DNA of 64,000 nucleotides from Saccostrea cucullata (Eukaryota): NCBI RefSeq assembly GCF_032062105.1, contig NW_026939565.1, positions 744,001 to 808,000 of the forward strand, read 5' to 3'. Shown piece by piece: positions 44,639 to 58,004 of this stretch (position 1 is its first letter; each line of letters starts with the position of its first letter). The notes under the pieces were generated by a model. It saw only the letters and a program-made list of their open reading frames with translations, ran no database searches and was not told where the DNA came from. The position numbers and the translations under genes were made by a program.

Positions 44639-47134
44639 ATGGCTAGTGGTGATTACATACTTCTTTTGTTGGCGATAACTGGTGTTCACACGGAACCAGA
44701 ATGCATATCGAACACCACTTGTTATTAAACGTTCGAGGAAACCACTGATTGTTCATCACTAAATCTTCAACATCCTCCTTGTTTTAATAGATCTTCAAAT
44801 ATAACACGCATAAACCTGAGTTACAATGACTTGGAGAAATTTCCAATTCATTTACCGACGGCTCTGGAATATCTTGATTTATCATACAACAGAATTTCAG
44901 GTGAATCACCAATGTTATACACGATTTATGGACGACTGAAATACCTCAATTTAGATCACAATAAGCTTACTAATCTTAGTTTTTTGACAGTGATTTCTAA
45001 CATGTCATATTTAGAATTCCTGTCCATAAAAGGCAATATTGATAAGCGGTATACCAAATATCCTGACAACTTGCTTTTTGGATTAGTTTCATTATCACAT
45101 CTCAGAATTGATGGCGTTCAGGATGGAAACTTTGGGGATATATTTTTAGAAGATAAAATTGAGAGTTTAAAATTCCTGGATGTATCTGGCTACAATGGTG
45201 TATGCAAAATTTCTCACTTGAGGTTTAATGTATTGGATAAATTCAATTTAACATATCTGGATTTATCTTTTTGTAACATAAGATCCATTGAAATTGGGGC
45301 TATGGATGCCCAGACCTACTTGCAATACTTAGATATTTCATATAATCAACGACTCGGTTTCAGAGGGCTTGCAAACATCTCTAAAGACCTCCAGGATACT
45401 GCAATCAAGGTACTTAGACTTGCCAAATTACACTGCACTTTTGGGCTAGGTACCATCCTGCTACGAAACCACACAAAATATCTTCAAAGTACATCCCTTG
45501 AAGAATTATACCTTGACAGCAACAGATTGGAAATCATCGAGGTTGGGGTTTTACCAAATTTACCCAAATCACTGAAGCATTTGTCTGTCGGAGACAACAA
45601 GATTGATAACGGCATGTATGTGTTACAAACGAACTCCTTGCATAATTTGCTTAGTTTGAATGTTAGTTTTCAAATATATTCTCATACAAATTATTTTGAT
45701 GGCTGCAACGATTATTCTTATTCGTGTCATATCGGTCCAGAAATGGATCATAAAGGCCAAAACATAGATCGACATCAAGGATCTTCAAACATATCATTTT
45801 ATGTGCCTCCAAAACTAAAAATATTTTATGCAAACAATATGAAGTTACATATTAGTGTTGGAGAACTGCATTTTATTAACAATAATGTGGAGTTTTTACA
45901 TTTTCAAAACAACTTTATTGTTCAAATTCATGGTCCAATATTTGGTTGCCATAACGTCAGATATTTAGATATGTCCAATAACTTTTGTACATACATTTCA
46001 GCTCAAGCCCTTAAATATTCACCACAGCTAGAAATTTTGAATATTTCGCAAAATGATCTCAGTTTCAGCTTAGAAAAGGACACAGACGGTGAAATATTTG
46101 GCAATCATAGAAATTTAACCGTTTTGAATTTACACGACAATAAAATACATGCTTTACCAGAAAAACTTTTTAAAAATAACTCAGAAATACAACTCCTGAA
46201 CACTTCGTACAATAGAATGGAGAAATGGACAGCAGACATACGTCATATGTCCCAGCTTCAATACCTTGACCTATCGTACAATCTCTTGACCGAACTGGAC
46301 GACACAGCTATTAATTTGTTGCCACAACATAACAATTTTACAATCAATCTTTCAGGAAACCCTTTGGTCTGTTCGTGTGCTACTCAGTTCTTTCTTGAAT
46401 GGATGAATAGACAGCCTCGCTCTAGATTTATATATTTACAAAACATGACGTGTTCTTATAGGGACGATTCTCGATTGTCACTGCACAATTTGTCCTATAT
46501 AGTGCAAAAACTACAAAAGACTTGTTCCTCATATACCTTACTTATAATGTGGATATCTTCACTTATTTTCCTCTTCTTAAGCGTAACAATTTATCGAATC
46601 ATTTATCGTTATCGATGGACCGTTCTTTATATCTATTACCTCACAAAGAGATCATTTTTTCCGGAGGTTAAACGTTCACGTAGGAAAGTGTTCTACGAGT
46701 ACGATGCTTTTATCTCATATGCAGAACAGGACAGAGGCTTTGTTTATAAACAGATGAAAAAAATGGAGGAAAACGGACTAAGGTTCTGCATCCATGACCG
46801 TGATTTTATTCCTGGAAAAGACATCGCTGAAAACATTACAAATACCATTCACAACAGCAGACGAATAGTTTGTGTAATGACATCACATTTCTTGAAATCA
46901 TATTGGTGCATGTTTGAGTTAAATATGGCACGAATGGAGAGCATCTATTCAAGAGGGGGAGAGAATATGCTTTTGTTAGTTTTATTGGAAAACCATATCG
47001 TTGGAGAGATGCCATTGTCTCTCCTTCACGTCATTGAAAACAAATCGTATCTCGAATACCCGGATGGAGGGAATTTTAGGAGCGTAGAAATCTTTTGGAG
47101 AAAGCTTGAAGATACGATAAATGATAAAGAATGA
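44639..47134 (+). CDS. Toll-like receptor (signal peptide, LRRs, LRRCT, TM, TIR), single coding exon, with an in-frame stop at codon 30 (possible null allele or pseudogene)
   Basis: Acceptor ttttctag at 44628-44629, ATG 44639, hydrophobic leader, then TAA at 44726-44728; the frame is then open to 47134. Many LxxLxLxxN repeats, NPLVCSC LRRCT, TM segment, and TIR YDAFISY..RFCIHDRDFIPG..SYWCMFEL..FW. Possible UTR exon donor at 43864. Confidence 0.92.
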
Positions 47135-47157
47135 TTTTACAAATTGACATTTTTGAT

Positions 47158-47160
<3 letters not shown>

Positions 47161-47215
<55 letters not shown>
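47161..47215. repeat. (AG)n microsatellite in the TLR 3' region
   Basis: ~27 perfect units. Confidence 0.95.
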
Positions 47216-47217
<2 letters not shown>

Positions 47218-49070
47218 CCGTGTATATGAGGAAAGACTTCCATTTGTCTGTGAATTTCATTGTTTCTTTATAAATACGAATAGAAATAAACGCATTTGTT
47301 TTTTGATATCACTATGTGTAACTAGTCCAAAGATTGGTGTATTTTAACATACAGATGTGTAGAATAAAGTTGGAACAAAAGAGAAGATTTTCCCCTTCAC
47401 AATATTAAACAAAGAAAGGAAAGGATTTACTGATAATATCGTACTTTCTAAAGAAAATTTGGGTACTTTGTCATCCCGCTTAGTCTAACCGTCGCACTAT
47501 CTTCTTCCTCAATCTCCTATCTCTTAACATTTGATAAGCTATGACATTTTAATTTATAAAATGTAAACGGTGATGTCAAGTAAATAAGGCCTAAAATTTC
47601 AGAGTTTTCATTTTCTATCATGGGGAGCAATGTGTCGTTCGAGTACTAGTATTTAACATGCACATACCCAAAGAAAGAACTTGTTTTAATGAATATCTGT
47701 GAAATATGGAAGCCCAAGCAGAAATCTTTCAAAAGCTATGACCAGTGTTTAAGTTTTCTTTTTAAAGTGTGTCAAACTCAAAACTCGCGGTCAAAGAGTC
47801 AAATTAAACCATACCTATATGCAAGGTCTTGTCAAAAGAAATAATCATTCATGTGAAATATAAAAGCCCTAGCGCCAACTGTCCAAAAGACATGGCCAAG
47901 ATTAAAGTTTTACAAAAGTACGCCAATCTCCAACTTCGAGGTGAATGTTGTTGCGGATTATTAAAGTGGTTGGTGCTTGCGCTTTCATATTTTACAATGA
48001 TATTTCTTGGGGGCGAGAACTTTCTTTGGGTAACAGCTTATTTGATTTCTTGATCTTGGAGTTTGACTTGCACTTGAAAACCTTATGACCTTCATCTTGA
48101 GCTGCCAAAAGGGGCATCAGTACGTCTTTTCTGTTTGATGAATTTGATGACGTATAAGGAATGACACCGTATTAAACGTGATATAAAGAAGCAAACAAGT
48201 AAAGACACAACCAACAGCTTCAATTCAAATGTAAATATATCAAATAGATCATTACATGTGGCCTAGGGACCTTTGATGTTACCATTAAAACCCAATGGAT
48301 TATAACTTTAATGTATGGATATTTACAGAATTACACCAGAATTAGACCAGTCCTATTCCAGATGATGATTTGTGGAGAAAACGAAAAGTATTCAAACTTA
48401 AAAGCTCAAACAATTCAAATCAGGAGCAAAGCAAACATGGACCAAATTTAACTGAGGTGAAATGAGGTGCAATAGAGGAGTGAACACTCCCTTCCGACAC
48501 GGTCACAGAGGCCGTGTTGTATCAGTTTTTTTTTGTTTTCCGTTCTTGAGATCGTGAGACTAGCTTCCTCCATAGTCAGATTCCATTTTGTAAGCCATGT
48601 TCGAGAGCAAGACTTCGTCTGGAAGTTTTGTTCTAGAGTGAGACCTCCCCCCCCCCCCGGGGGGGTATGTATGAGGAGAGCCGCTTGTAAGAAACACTGT
48701 AGAGCCCTACTTCCCTGCCAGAGTAAGATTTTCCTCCATAATAGGTTTTCAAACAAACAAACAAATAAACAAACCCCACCACCCCAAACCTTTTAAGGTA
48801 ATTTTCTGTAGTTGTCTACAGTACAAAATTCAAGTTTTTCATTTATTTTTATTTAACCATGTACACTTGATTTAAAGATTTCTTTGTATCCCCATTAACC
48901 TATATATCAACTATTAGTATATAGGTCCCTGGTATCCTGCCCTTCCTATACATGTGATTGTTTGTTAAACTGATGTACGTTTCTCTTTGGTATAAAGGAC
49001 ACGTGACACAGCCGCCATGTTTCGATGTGGTGCTCTATTTCTTTTGTCTTATCTTCATGATAAAGGCGCC

Positions 49071-52000
49071 ATGTCAATAGGAAAGAATAAGCTCAGGTTA
49101 GAACCACTTTTTAAAGCTGTCTTTATGTCATACATAAAGCTGTGTGAACATACGGCTGTTCATGTATAAAATAGAACAGAGAGATTATTAATTAAGAGTA
49201 TAAATTGATAAAACCAGGAAAAATTTCAAAATAAGATAAGTGGCTTTGAGAGGCAGATGAATTCTATTTATATTAAAGTACTTTTAATAATTGTCACAAA
49301 ACGTCACTTGGATTACAAAAAAATATGTATTGATTTTATTGTAAACCAAGTTACAGAAAGGTTGATGAGAGAATAATCTTTTTTGTATATGCATATGGTT
49401 TTATATATTTTTATACATCATGTAAGACAAGGCCATCATGCAGGCAGAAATGAAATCACTTCGAGAGAGATATGTATATGTTTAATATGACTCCAAATCT
49501 GTTATAATGTATAAATATTAATAAACATGCATGTTTATTGAAAAATATTAGGCAATACAATTAAATTAAGACATACTGTTTTGTTTACTATATGGTGGCG
49601 TTTTTCTGTCACCATTTGTTAGATAATAATGTTCACTTAGAAGTTCCTTAAATGCCTTAGTAATTTACTAGATAATTATGCTGACTTGCCAGATATAAAT
49701 CCTCACGTCTTGGAACTCGGTATCTTGATATCAGAGATTGTTAATTCCACTGACATTTACTTGACATCATTATATCTGAGTTCCAAGTTCAAGATCCAAG
49801 TTCATTTTATTAACCCAAACCTAAAAATTGGCAAATGGGAATCAAAATACATTAATGATAATTCTTAAATATGGGAAACCATGCTCCTTCAATTGGCGTC
49901 GGAATTTCATAAATATTATGGATTCTGTTAAATATTACGCCAAACGATGAACCAGATATGAAAAAGAAGACGTTGACACTTTGCCAGAATGGATTAAATG
50001 TATCAGACACATTTTATAATCGCGTATTTAAAAGATAGACGGGCAATATGAAAACCATCTATCCTACTGTATTCAATAATCCAGAAGTGGAAAAAGAATT
50101 GGATATATCAGTACGTACTGGTCCCTGCTGACAAAGTAGGTAACTACATTGTCTTCGTTTGTAAGGCTCATTACATAAATTGTATTTTAGAATTGGATTT
50201 AATTCTACAGTTGCATTGTACAAATGGTAACCCAACTTATACTCATGGTTCCCTTTCTAAGAAAGAAATTCTTTAAAATCGTGTCAGTTTTGAACATTTT
50301 TAATATCATCAAAAACCAAAATGAATTTGAACTACCATATATACTAGTATATTGGATTCCGAAACTTCATAAGAACATAGAGGGTTCCGTAAATGTTCAA
50401 CCAAGCCTCTTTCTTTACTCCTCACCTAGATATTAAGTAGTGAAGGAAAAACTTCAAGAGTACTGTGCAATAATATATTCACGAAGAGGTGTAAACCACC
50501 AGATCCCACCTCTGATGTTATGGAGGTCCGTGTTTGCTCTGCTCATATTTTGTATTGTTTTATGGACTTTGATATTAAATACTGTTCGTTTTTTCCAAAT
50601 CCTTCATACACAAACTGGTCAGAGGTACACATACATACAATAAAAACATGACAGATGAATGAAAAAGGGAAGAATACGATAAATTAGAGAGGAAAATATA
50701 TCAAGGAAGACAGGCAGCATCGTAAATTTTAAAACTATATCATAGCTTTTTCAACATTTTTTTCGTTTTTAGTTGACATTATAATTCAATGATTTTAATA
50801 ATATCAAAAGCCACTATAATTTTCTGATAAGTCGACATAACTGTTTGACAAGAGGATTTGTCAAATGTTAAGTCGACTTTTCAAATAATAGTGTCAACTT
50901 CTTGGATAATCATATTTGTAAAACTGTCAAAAAATATGTTGACTTGTCATATATGCACATGTATATGCGTACCGGTATATTTATGTCGACTTGTTAGGTA
51001 ATTATGAAGATTTGACCGATCCTTTTGTCCACTTGTCGGACAAATGTATAACTATCATATGTCAACTGGATGGCTCAAACTGGGCATGGACATATTTCAT
51101 GTTTTAAAGAATTTTAAACACATGATTATATGACAAGTCGGCGAAGAGATCTGACAAATCAACATTATTCTCTGACAAGTCGGCATAATAATTCTAAAAA
51201 TTATCGAACTGACAAGTGGTGGCAAAATATGGATTGAAACTGATATATACATTATATTTTCAATTCTATATGTTTTCTCTGTGATAACTCTTTGAAAGTT
51301 AGTGGAGTCAATTTTTTGATAATTCCACCGGAAATATAAATCAGGAAAATCGATAGGCCAAGGGCCAAGGAGGTCTAAAATGCATGTGCATCTCGGGCGC
51401 GTCTGTTTTTGTATCTGACGTTAAGTACTAGTAGGCCAAATATGCATGCAAATCTCACGCGGCTGTCTTTGTGTTTGACATCAGTGGGCGAAGACTATTG
51501 AAATTGATATGGAAGGCCGCGGGTAATTTAAAACTATTAGTCTACATTTTTAAAATCTAAATCTACAATTTTATTTCACAATGAAATGGAAATATATGGA
51601 ATCACTAGGAAACCTGGGATAATTTATGCATAACGGGCTTCGCCCGTTATGCAAAATATCTCATGTTTACCACTATCGTTGATGCCCTGGCATACTATAC
51701 TAACTAGACAGTGAATCCTTAAAACAATGTAAGCTATAGTGAAGGGAGGGATATAAAAAGTTAGACGTTGCAGCTATTCTTCTAATGGTTGCACAAGTAC
51801 TGTATAATCGCCTTTGAACTATATAATTTTTTGGTTATTTTTCAGGTTATGTCATATAGCAATCGGAATTGCAGTTCTGATGACAAGTCTTGTGGGTGGC
51901 TGCAGTGTGTGGAATGAGGGGAAATCGTGTATGTGTGAATGTGAAGACATCTCTATTGGCTGCAGGGCGAAGTGTTATGGATTGTGTAGCGGGGGATGTC

Positions 52001-52083
52001 ACGGAGCTGTGGAACTAATCAACCAAAGACATTGCTACGACAATTGTCACCACGACTTTCAATACTGCACAAACTCTTGTTAG
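49071..52083 (+). CDS. Small secreted cysteine-rich peptide (60-aa mature region, 12 Cys)
   Basis: Main exon 51846-52083 after ttttcag encodes LCHIAIGIAVLMTSLVGG followed by CSVWNEGKSCMCECEDISIGCRAKCYGLCSGGCHGAVELINQRHCYDNCHHDFQYCTNSC. The first exon is tentative: 49071-49096 (gccATG..MSIGKNKLR, AG|gttaga, phase 2) with TATAAA at 48991. Confidence 0.75.
49880..50590 (+). mobile_element. Degenerate Penelope-like retroelement fragment plus terminal repeat
   Basis: Interrupted translation EKEDVDTLPEWIKCIR..YVLVPADK..IVFVCKAHY..LPY..YWIPKLHKN, typical of Penelope-like reverse transcriptases. The downstream segment cccacctctg..aggtccgtgtttg recurs in reverse at ~42640-42900 and ~48400-48520. Confidence 0.75.
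50760..51230. repeat. Decayed fold-back region with short tgacaagtcg/gtcgac subrepeats
   Basis: Repeated aagtcgac/gtcaac/tgacaag motifs in both orientations. Confidence 0.4.
51255..51724. mobile_element. Hairpin-ended non-autonomous element, copy 2 (partial deletion in the left hairpin arm)
   Basis: Colinear with 2261-2784. Confidence 0.75.
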
Positions 52084-52278
52084 GAAACAAGAAATCAAGC
52101 AAAATTTATCAGTGGTTGTTTATTTGTATTAGAATATTGAATAACTGAACAAATTCTGACCAGATGAACTTGTTCAGTTACAACAAAGAAGCTATGGGCG
52201 GTGGCGGTGGAAAGCTAGGGCAAAAATACCAACAGAGAAGAAATTAAATGTTTTTTTTTCAAATCTTGTTGACCAAAA

Positions 52279-53029
52279 TACGGAAGCCCATTTAGGATCT
52301 ATCAAAATATATTTTTGAATTCGTAATAACAAATTTTAGAATTCGTTATAACGAATTTAATTTAATATAACAGATTTTCAGAATTCCTTATAACGAATTT
52401 AATTTGTTATTACAGATTTATTGAATTCGTTATAACGAATTTAATTTGTTATAACAGATTCATTGAATTCGTTATAACGAATTTCATTAAGTATTACAGA
52501 TTCATTGAATTCGTTATAACGAATTTAATTTGTTATTACAGATTCATTGAATTCGTTATAACGAATTTAATTTGTTATTACAGATTTATTGAATTCGTTA
52601 TAACGAATTTAATTTGTTATTACAGATTTATTGAATTCGTTATAATCAATTCAAGAATTTCGTTATATCGAATTCAACAAATCTGTAATAACAGATTAAA
52701 TTCGTTATAACGAATTCAACAAATCTGTAATAACAGATTAAATTCGTTATAATGAATTCATTAAATCTGTAATAACAGATTAAATTCGTTATAACGAATT
52801 CGATAAATCTGTAATAACAAATTAAATTCGTTATAACGAATTCAATGAATCTGTTATAACAAATTAAATTCGTTATAACGAATTCAATGAATCTGTTATA
52901 ACAAATTAAATTCGTTATAACGAATTCAATAAATCTGTTATAACAAATTAAATTCGTTATAACGAATTCTAAAAATAGTTATAACGAATTCAAAAATATT
53001 TTTTGATAGGTCCTAAATGGGCTTCCGTA
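52279..53029. mobile_element. Fold-back element with TACGG..CCGTA termini and 6-bp TSD (IS3EU-like), with internal inverted 42-bp arrays
   Basis: TIR tacggaagcccatttagga / tcctaaatgggcttccgta; CCAAAA on both flanks; each 42-bp unit contains the palindrome aattcgttataacgaatt. Confidence 0.85.
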
Positions 53030-53593
53030 CCAAAAAAAATAATGATGCACAAAATATAAATTGTATATATATGAAAGCATAATTGACGAAATGATACATA
53101 ACGTACAATTGAAATACAAAATGACCGATTATCTTTGTAGTGGGTTCGTCTTGTTTTTATTAATTGTACCTTCTGTAAAGATTGTCGTTCATTTTGAGTT
53201 TATTTACGCTTTGTAAGTATCCACTCGTTGATTTTCCTTTCATGTATATCTTTTTTTATTGTAGGAATTTCGTTTCCTGTATTGAGTTGAATTCCTGCCA
53301 TAGAAATAGACGCCTCTATCGTTAACTTAGCGTTTTCACAATTTCAACGTTTCGAAATTTCTTTGAAACCCTCATACTACACAGGTGCTTAAGGATAGGA
53401 CCCCCCCATTCCTGATAGAGATCACTTCTCCTCCATTTTTCTTTAATAATCTTTTAGAACAGTGTCCAAAATTTGCGCCATATCATTCAACCTACGGATC
53501 GATTTCTAAACCAAAAGATCAAGGTTACGTCCAGGCTGTTAATAAAAGCATCTGTAATCTTTAAAAAATCTGAAGGAAGAAAAAAAAGATATA

Positions 53594-54645
53594 CGAGGGT
53601 TGTTCGAAAAGTTCGTGGACGATGTCAATCTTTGTTATATTACTCACAAGAAATTTTAAATAAGCATAATATGATATGTAAAAATATTTGTTTTGTTGAT
53701 GTGTGAAGTTTCATTCCATTCGATTTAACAGAAATCAATAATCAACATCATGTTTTGTACCCGCGGAGCACACTTAACGGCAATGTAACGTCAAACAAAG
53801 CGTCAAGAATTTCTAAAAAATACTATCCTTTTACATTTCACTCAGTATAATGCCCACTCATTAAATCCTTTTTCTAATACTTTAAATTTATTTCTTTAAG
53901 AATTGCTATCGTAGAATAATTTAGTTTGTTAAGGTTTTAACTTCTTTTATTACTTAACTCTGCTTTCCACAGGATAAGCAGCTCTGAAGCGCCTATGTCT
54001 TTCTTTGACGTTCCAACTTTTTAGAATTTTTGGGAAGATTTTTACAGTTAAACCGTTTCTTCACAGATTGTTCTCATCCGATACAGAGTCTCTGTCACTC
54101 AAATACTGCCTGTACTATTTGTACATACAAACACAACTCGCTTGTGACATATTTTCTTGATTCTTCCAACATCTTTAGAGTTTATTCAGGATTTTTCCTG
54201 AGAAAAACACGAAATTGCATCTTTATCTGCTGCTCCGTGACGTCCTAATACGTCATCGTTTTTGTCGTTTTCAATAAGAACTACCTATCATCTCAAGTTG
54301 ATTTCTTTTCAACAAAGCAAAATATAAAGCCAAAATTTGGAATACGAATCGATGTAGCAATTCTTTATTTGAATTTCTAGGTTGTTTTTCGTTTTTGCTC
54401 CATTTTACAGAGAATATGACTACAGACAATTAGTTAGTATATTGTCTGTAACTTGCTAAATTTCGACCCGATTTTTGCATTTTTAAAATCTGGATAAATT
54501 TTGAATTAATCGGCATATTTGGAAAAATTTTGATACAAATCATTTGGATTTATTGTTAAAATATTTCTACCAAATTGGATAACATATGACATCAAATTAA
54601 AAAAAAGATATGACAGTTGTCCACGAACTTTTCGAACAACCCTCG
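53594..54645. mobile_element. Non-autonomous Tc1/mariner element
   Basis: Perfect 27-bp TIR cgagggttgttcgaaaagttcgtggac, TA on both sides, no transposase ORF; a small decayed relative lies at ~30930-31131. Confidence 0.9.
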
Positions 54646-55229
54646 TACTTTCATTTTCGGTTAACCAATGGCAGAAAATTCGTTTCATCCTGCAAAGAGT
54701 TTGCATGTGGACATATACGGAGTACTGAGGTAGCCCAGAACACGTTGTTAAACAGTTTGCGATCCAGAAAAGCACGAACTATAGATAAGTATTTCATGAT
54801 TTATTTGTTCATAAAAGTATTAGATAACAAAGAACAATTAAACGATTATGAACAAAAACATATATAACATTTAAAGATAATACATCTTAAAAGAAATTTA
54901 GCAATAATCCAAACTACAGCCACATTTTATAAAATAATTGCTTCAACAGCAAAATTTTTTTTTTTAGATTTTTACAGGTATACTGGTACATATCTTTGAT
55001 TTTGAACAAGTATAAAATTAAAATTGAGAATTCCGTGCACTAAAGGTATACATGTATATGCACCTACAAAACAACAACCACTTTTATAACATGACATAGG
55101 CTATTGCAACAAAAATATTCTTTCTGAGAAATGGCATCTTTTTTGGCAAAGTTAATGGAAAAGAAACAATGAGGCTTTTAAAGAATTTGAGTTACATTCA
55201 AATGAAAACAACAATAATACATACAATAA

Positions 55230-56342
55230 TTAGCAACCACTTTGATCAGTCTTCATAAAATGATGTGTATTAATTTTGTATCCATTCATGATTCCAAAAA
55301 GTTTTTGTATAGTTGAATCTGGAAGTGTTCTTGATCGCGCCAGAATCCATCCAAATTCAAAATGGCTGATCCCGAGGATGCTTGTGCAGGAGTAAATCAG
55401 TGTGTAGTTTTCATAATCTGTGTCCAATACCCAGTAATTTCCATATGGAGCAGCTGCAAATGAAAATTTTCAAGATACGTGATTGCTATAGTACTTAAAT
55501 GAAGTTAACGTAAGATGACTTGTGCATGATACCATCCAATATTTCGCTATACGGTATTTGATGTGTTGATGAAATTGTACAACATGTATGTGCTGACTTA
55601 CCAGAAGCAAATTTAACTTTAAGCCTGGATCCAACACTAGGATCAGGAATGTAGATGTCGCCAATGGCCGTGCTTGGACTTCCATCACTACAAAAAAGTA
55701 AATAACTTGAAAATTCATAGAATCTATACGTTCATGTCTTTTCTCACGTTTGTTTTGGCTTAATTAAGACGCTAATATGTGTATTTTTATGTACACGCAT
55801 ATAGTCTATGATGCCAATCTCAACAATTCATGGGAAAATGCATAATTCTTTTAAATGTGGTTAGCAAAATAGAGAGTATGACAATATTGGATTAATCTAA
55901 ATGAAAAGGGCATGTTTTAACAATTCATACCTTATTGAAACTCCAGTATTATTCACACGAATGTGGCCATCAGGTTTCAACTGGTAGTTTGCCTGAATAC
56001 ATTTTTCGTTGTTTTCGAAGTTGGCTTTGAATTTGTAAATTTCATACCATGTTCCTAGATACTACAAACATAAAAGTTTCTTCATGAAAAAATGCCTTTT
56101 TAATTACATTTGAAAAAAAAATTCAAATGCTTTAAAGTGCTCCTTATATGAACACCATCAACTTGGCAGATTTTCTTATATCTTAAATTCAACATACTAG
56201 AAACGTTTTAATGTCTTACCCTGGTGAGGTTAAAATTGTCTTTTGTAGAAACGGTCGGGCATCCAAAGGCGCCGAATTCTTGAGCCTGTGACACAGCGAC
56301 AAAAGAGGCAACAATGACAAGGAGCAACATCTTGTTCAACAT
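55230..56342 (-). CDS. APOD: Apolipoprotein D-like lipocalin, 187 aa, 4 exons
   Basis: Exons 56342-56220, 56061-55931, 55687-55602, 55453-55230 (564 nt). Signal peptide, GCP, YLGTWYEI (SCR1), YWVLDTDYENY (SCR2), WILAR (SCR3) and terminal TDQSGC. An alternative ATG lies at 56330. Confidence 0.93.
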
Positions 56343-56377
56343 GTGTTCAACAGAATCTGTGTGTTACATTTCGAATA

Positions 56378-56383
56378 TTTATA
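56378..56383 (-). promoter_or_regulatory. TATA box of the ApoD-like gene
   Basis: TATAAA on the minus strand, ~36 nt upstream of the first ATG. Confidence 0.6.
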
Positions 56384-58004
56384 GAACTTATCAGGGGTCC
56401 AGAATGGGGGAAAGGATCAAAATTTATCTATAACCTTTACAATTCAATGGTCACTGGATATTTCGTGTAGATATAATTCTTATCTGTGTTCAATAAATAC
56501 AGAGGGTCTTTGGCAATCTTTTCCTTTCCCCTTTCTTCAACTGTTCCTCCCTTTGGGACCCATTCTATTCACGTGTCCAAAGGCATGGCCTTTTTTCTGG
56601 TTTTGTAATTTTGTTTATGGTGGTTAGGTAATGCCTCAACATTTTTGGGTTGGTTAGAACTTCGTGTACTGACTTTACCAATTCTTAAGGTCATCGGACC
56701 ATCGTAGCTAACAAAGACGTCGAGGAATCCCCATAGACCTAAAATTGTTGTGTGAAATAAACTTAAATATACTTACTAGTACTTTTGAAACCTTTCTAAT
56801 CACAGATAAAAAATGAAATGTGTACTGATATGTCTTAGTTCTTTAAAATGGTGTTATCATATAATATAATGTTATCAAAAAATTATATCTTAAGCAATTA
56901 ATTTGATTGCATTATTAAATAATTATGTATAATAGTTCCCTTGATTTGATCCATTTGATTATATATATTCCCCTTATTGACACTTAGTAATTTTTTTGGA
57001 ATCGTAGATGACTTTCGAAAACATTTTGTGTTACTTAACTCTAAGTACAGGAGTACCAATTTGTATCGAATCGTTATCATCTGAGATATTCGACACAAGA
57101 GTGATATTGATTTTTAGTATATAAATAAACAATTCCCATCAATCATCGTAAATCAATTAAATAAAACCGAAAAGGGTCAAACTAAAGCGTAAACGTCCCC
57201 TTGCATCATTGCATTAATATCCTCACACAACCCCAGAATTTTTTTTACTGAATTCTAAACTTTTGAATGAATCAAAAAAAATCCTTGTTTTTCATTTATC
57301 ATACATGTATTGTTTTTTTCATTTTCCAAGAAAACACTAGAACACAAATGGATATACATCTATGCATGCATAGTCAAGTACATGTATGTGGACTACGTAT
57401 AATCACAAGCAACTGACGAATGAATAACGCCCCTCCCACTTTTTGAGGATTGTTATTAGACATGATTCTTTATCTAAAATACATAGATTCCTATTCTATC
57501 ATGTTATATATATTCCAATTTCTGATAGGATTTTCCTTTTGTTGTTGCTGATAAGTTTCAGATATTGACCATATATGGGTATAAATTAAGATACCAGTTT
57601 ACATATACCCATGAAGAGGCAACCTCCAAACAATAACAACAACAAAGGGAGCATGATATCAGAAAATATTCAAATCAAAATATAGGTAAGACAGACTAAA
57701 AAATCATGTATTTTAGATGAATTATCGTGTCTGTTTAACCAGTGGTACTTTGAGCACATAGCTCATTAAATGATACCCACCGCCTCCCATATGATTATAC
57801 AATCAAAGTCTATGTTTTGCTCTGGGAGAACCAAAGTAAGTTTCAGAACAAAAAGTAAAATAAGAGGTAACAATTACATTATGTATACAATTATAAATGG
57901 ATTCATTTTTTTTAAATGGGAGAAAAAAAAACAATATTAAACTTTGATCCAAGTGAAAAAAAAACAGAAACAGATAAGTGCCAACTAAAATATCTAATAA
58001 AGCG

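Noticed and set aside
44831-44833. ORF-track start of the TLR
   Set aside because: It is a TTG inside an LRR; the likely start is ATG 44639, upstream of the premature stop.
48462-48472. ATG AG|GTGCAA as first exon of the cysteine peptide
   Set aside because: It lies within a Penelope-type terminal repeat fragment and the donor is weak.
53473-54867. Transposase ORFs in the mariner-like element
   Set aside because: The short ORFs merely cross the TIRs and show no DDE/D or HTH signature.
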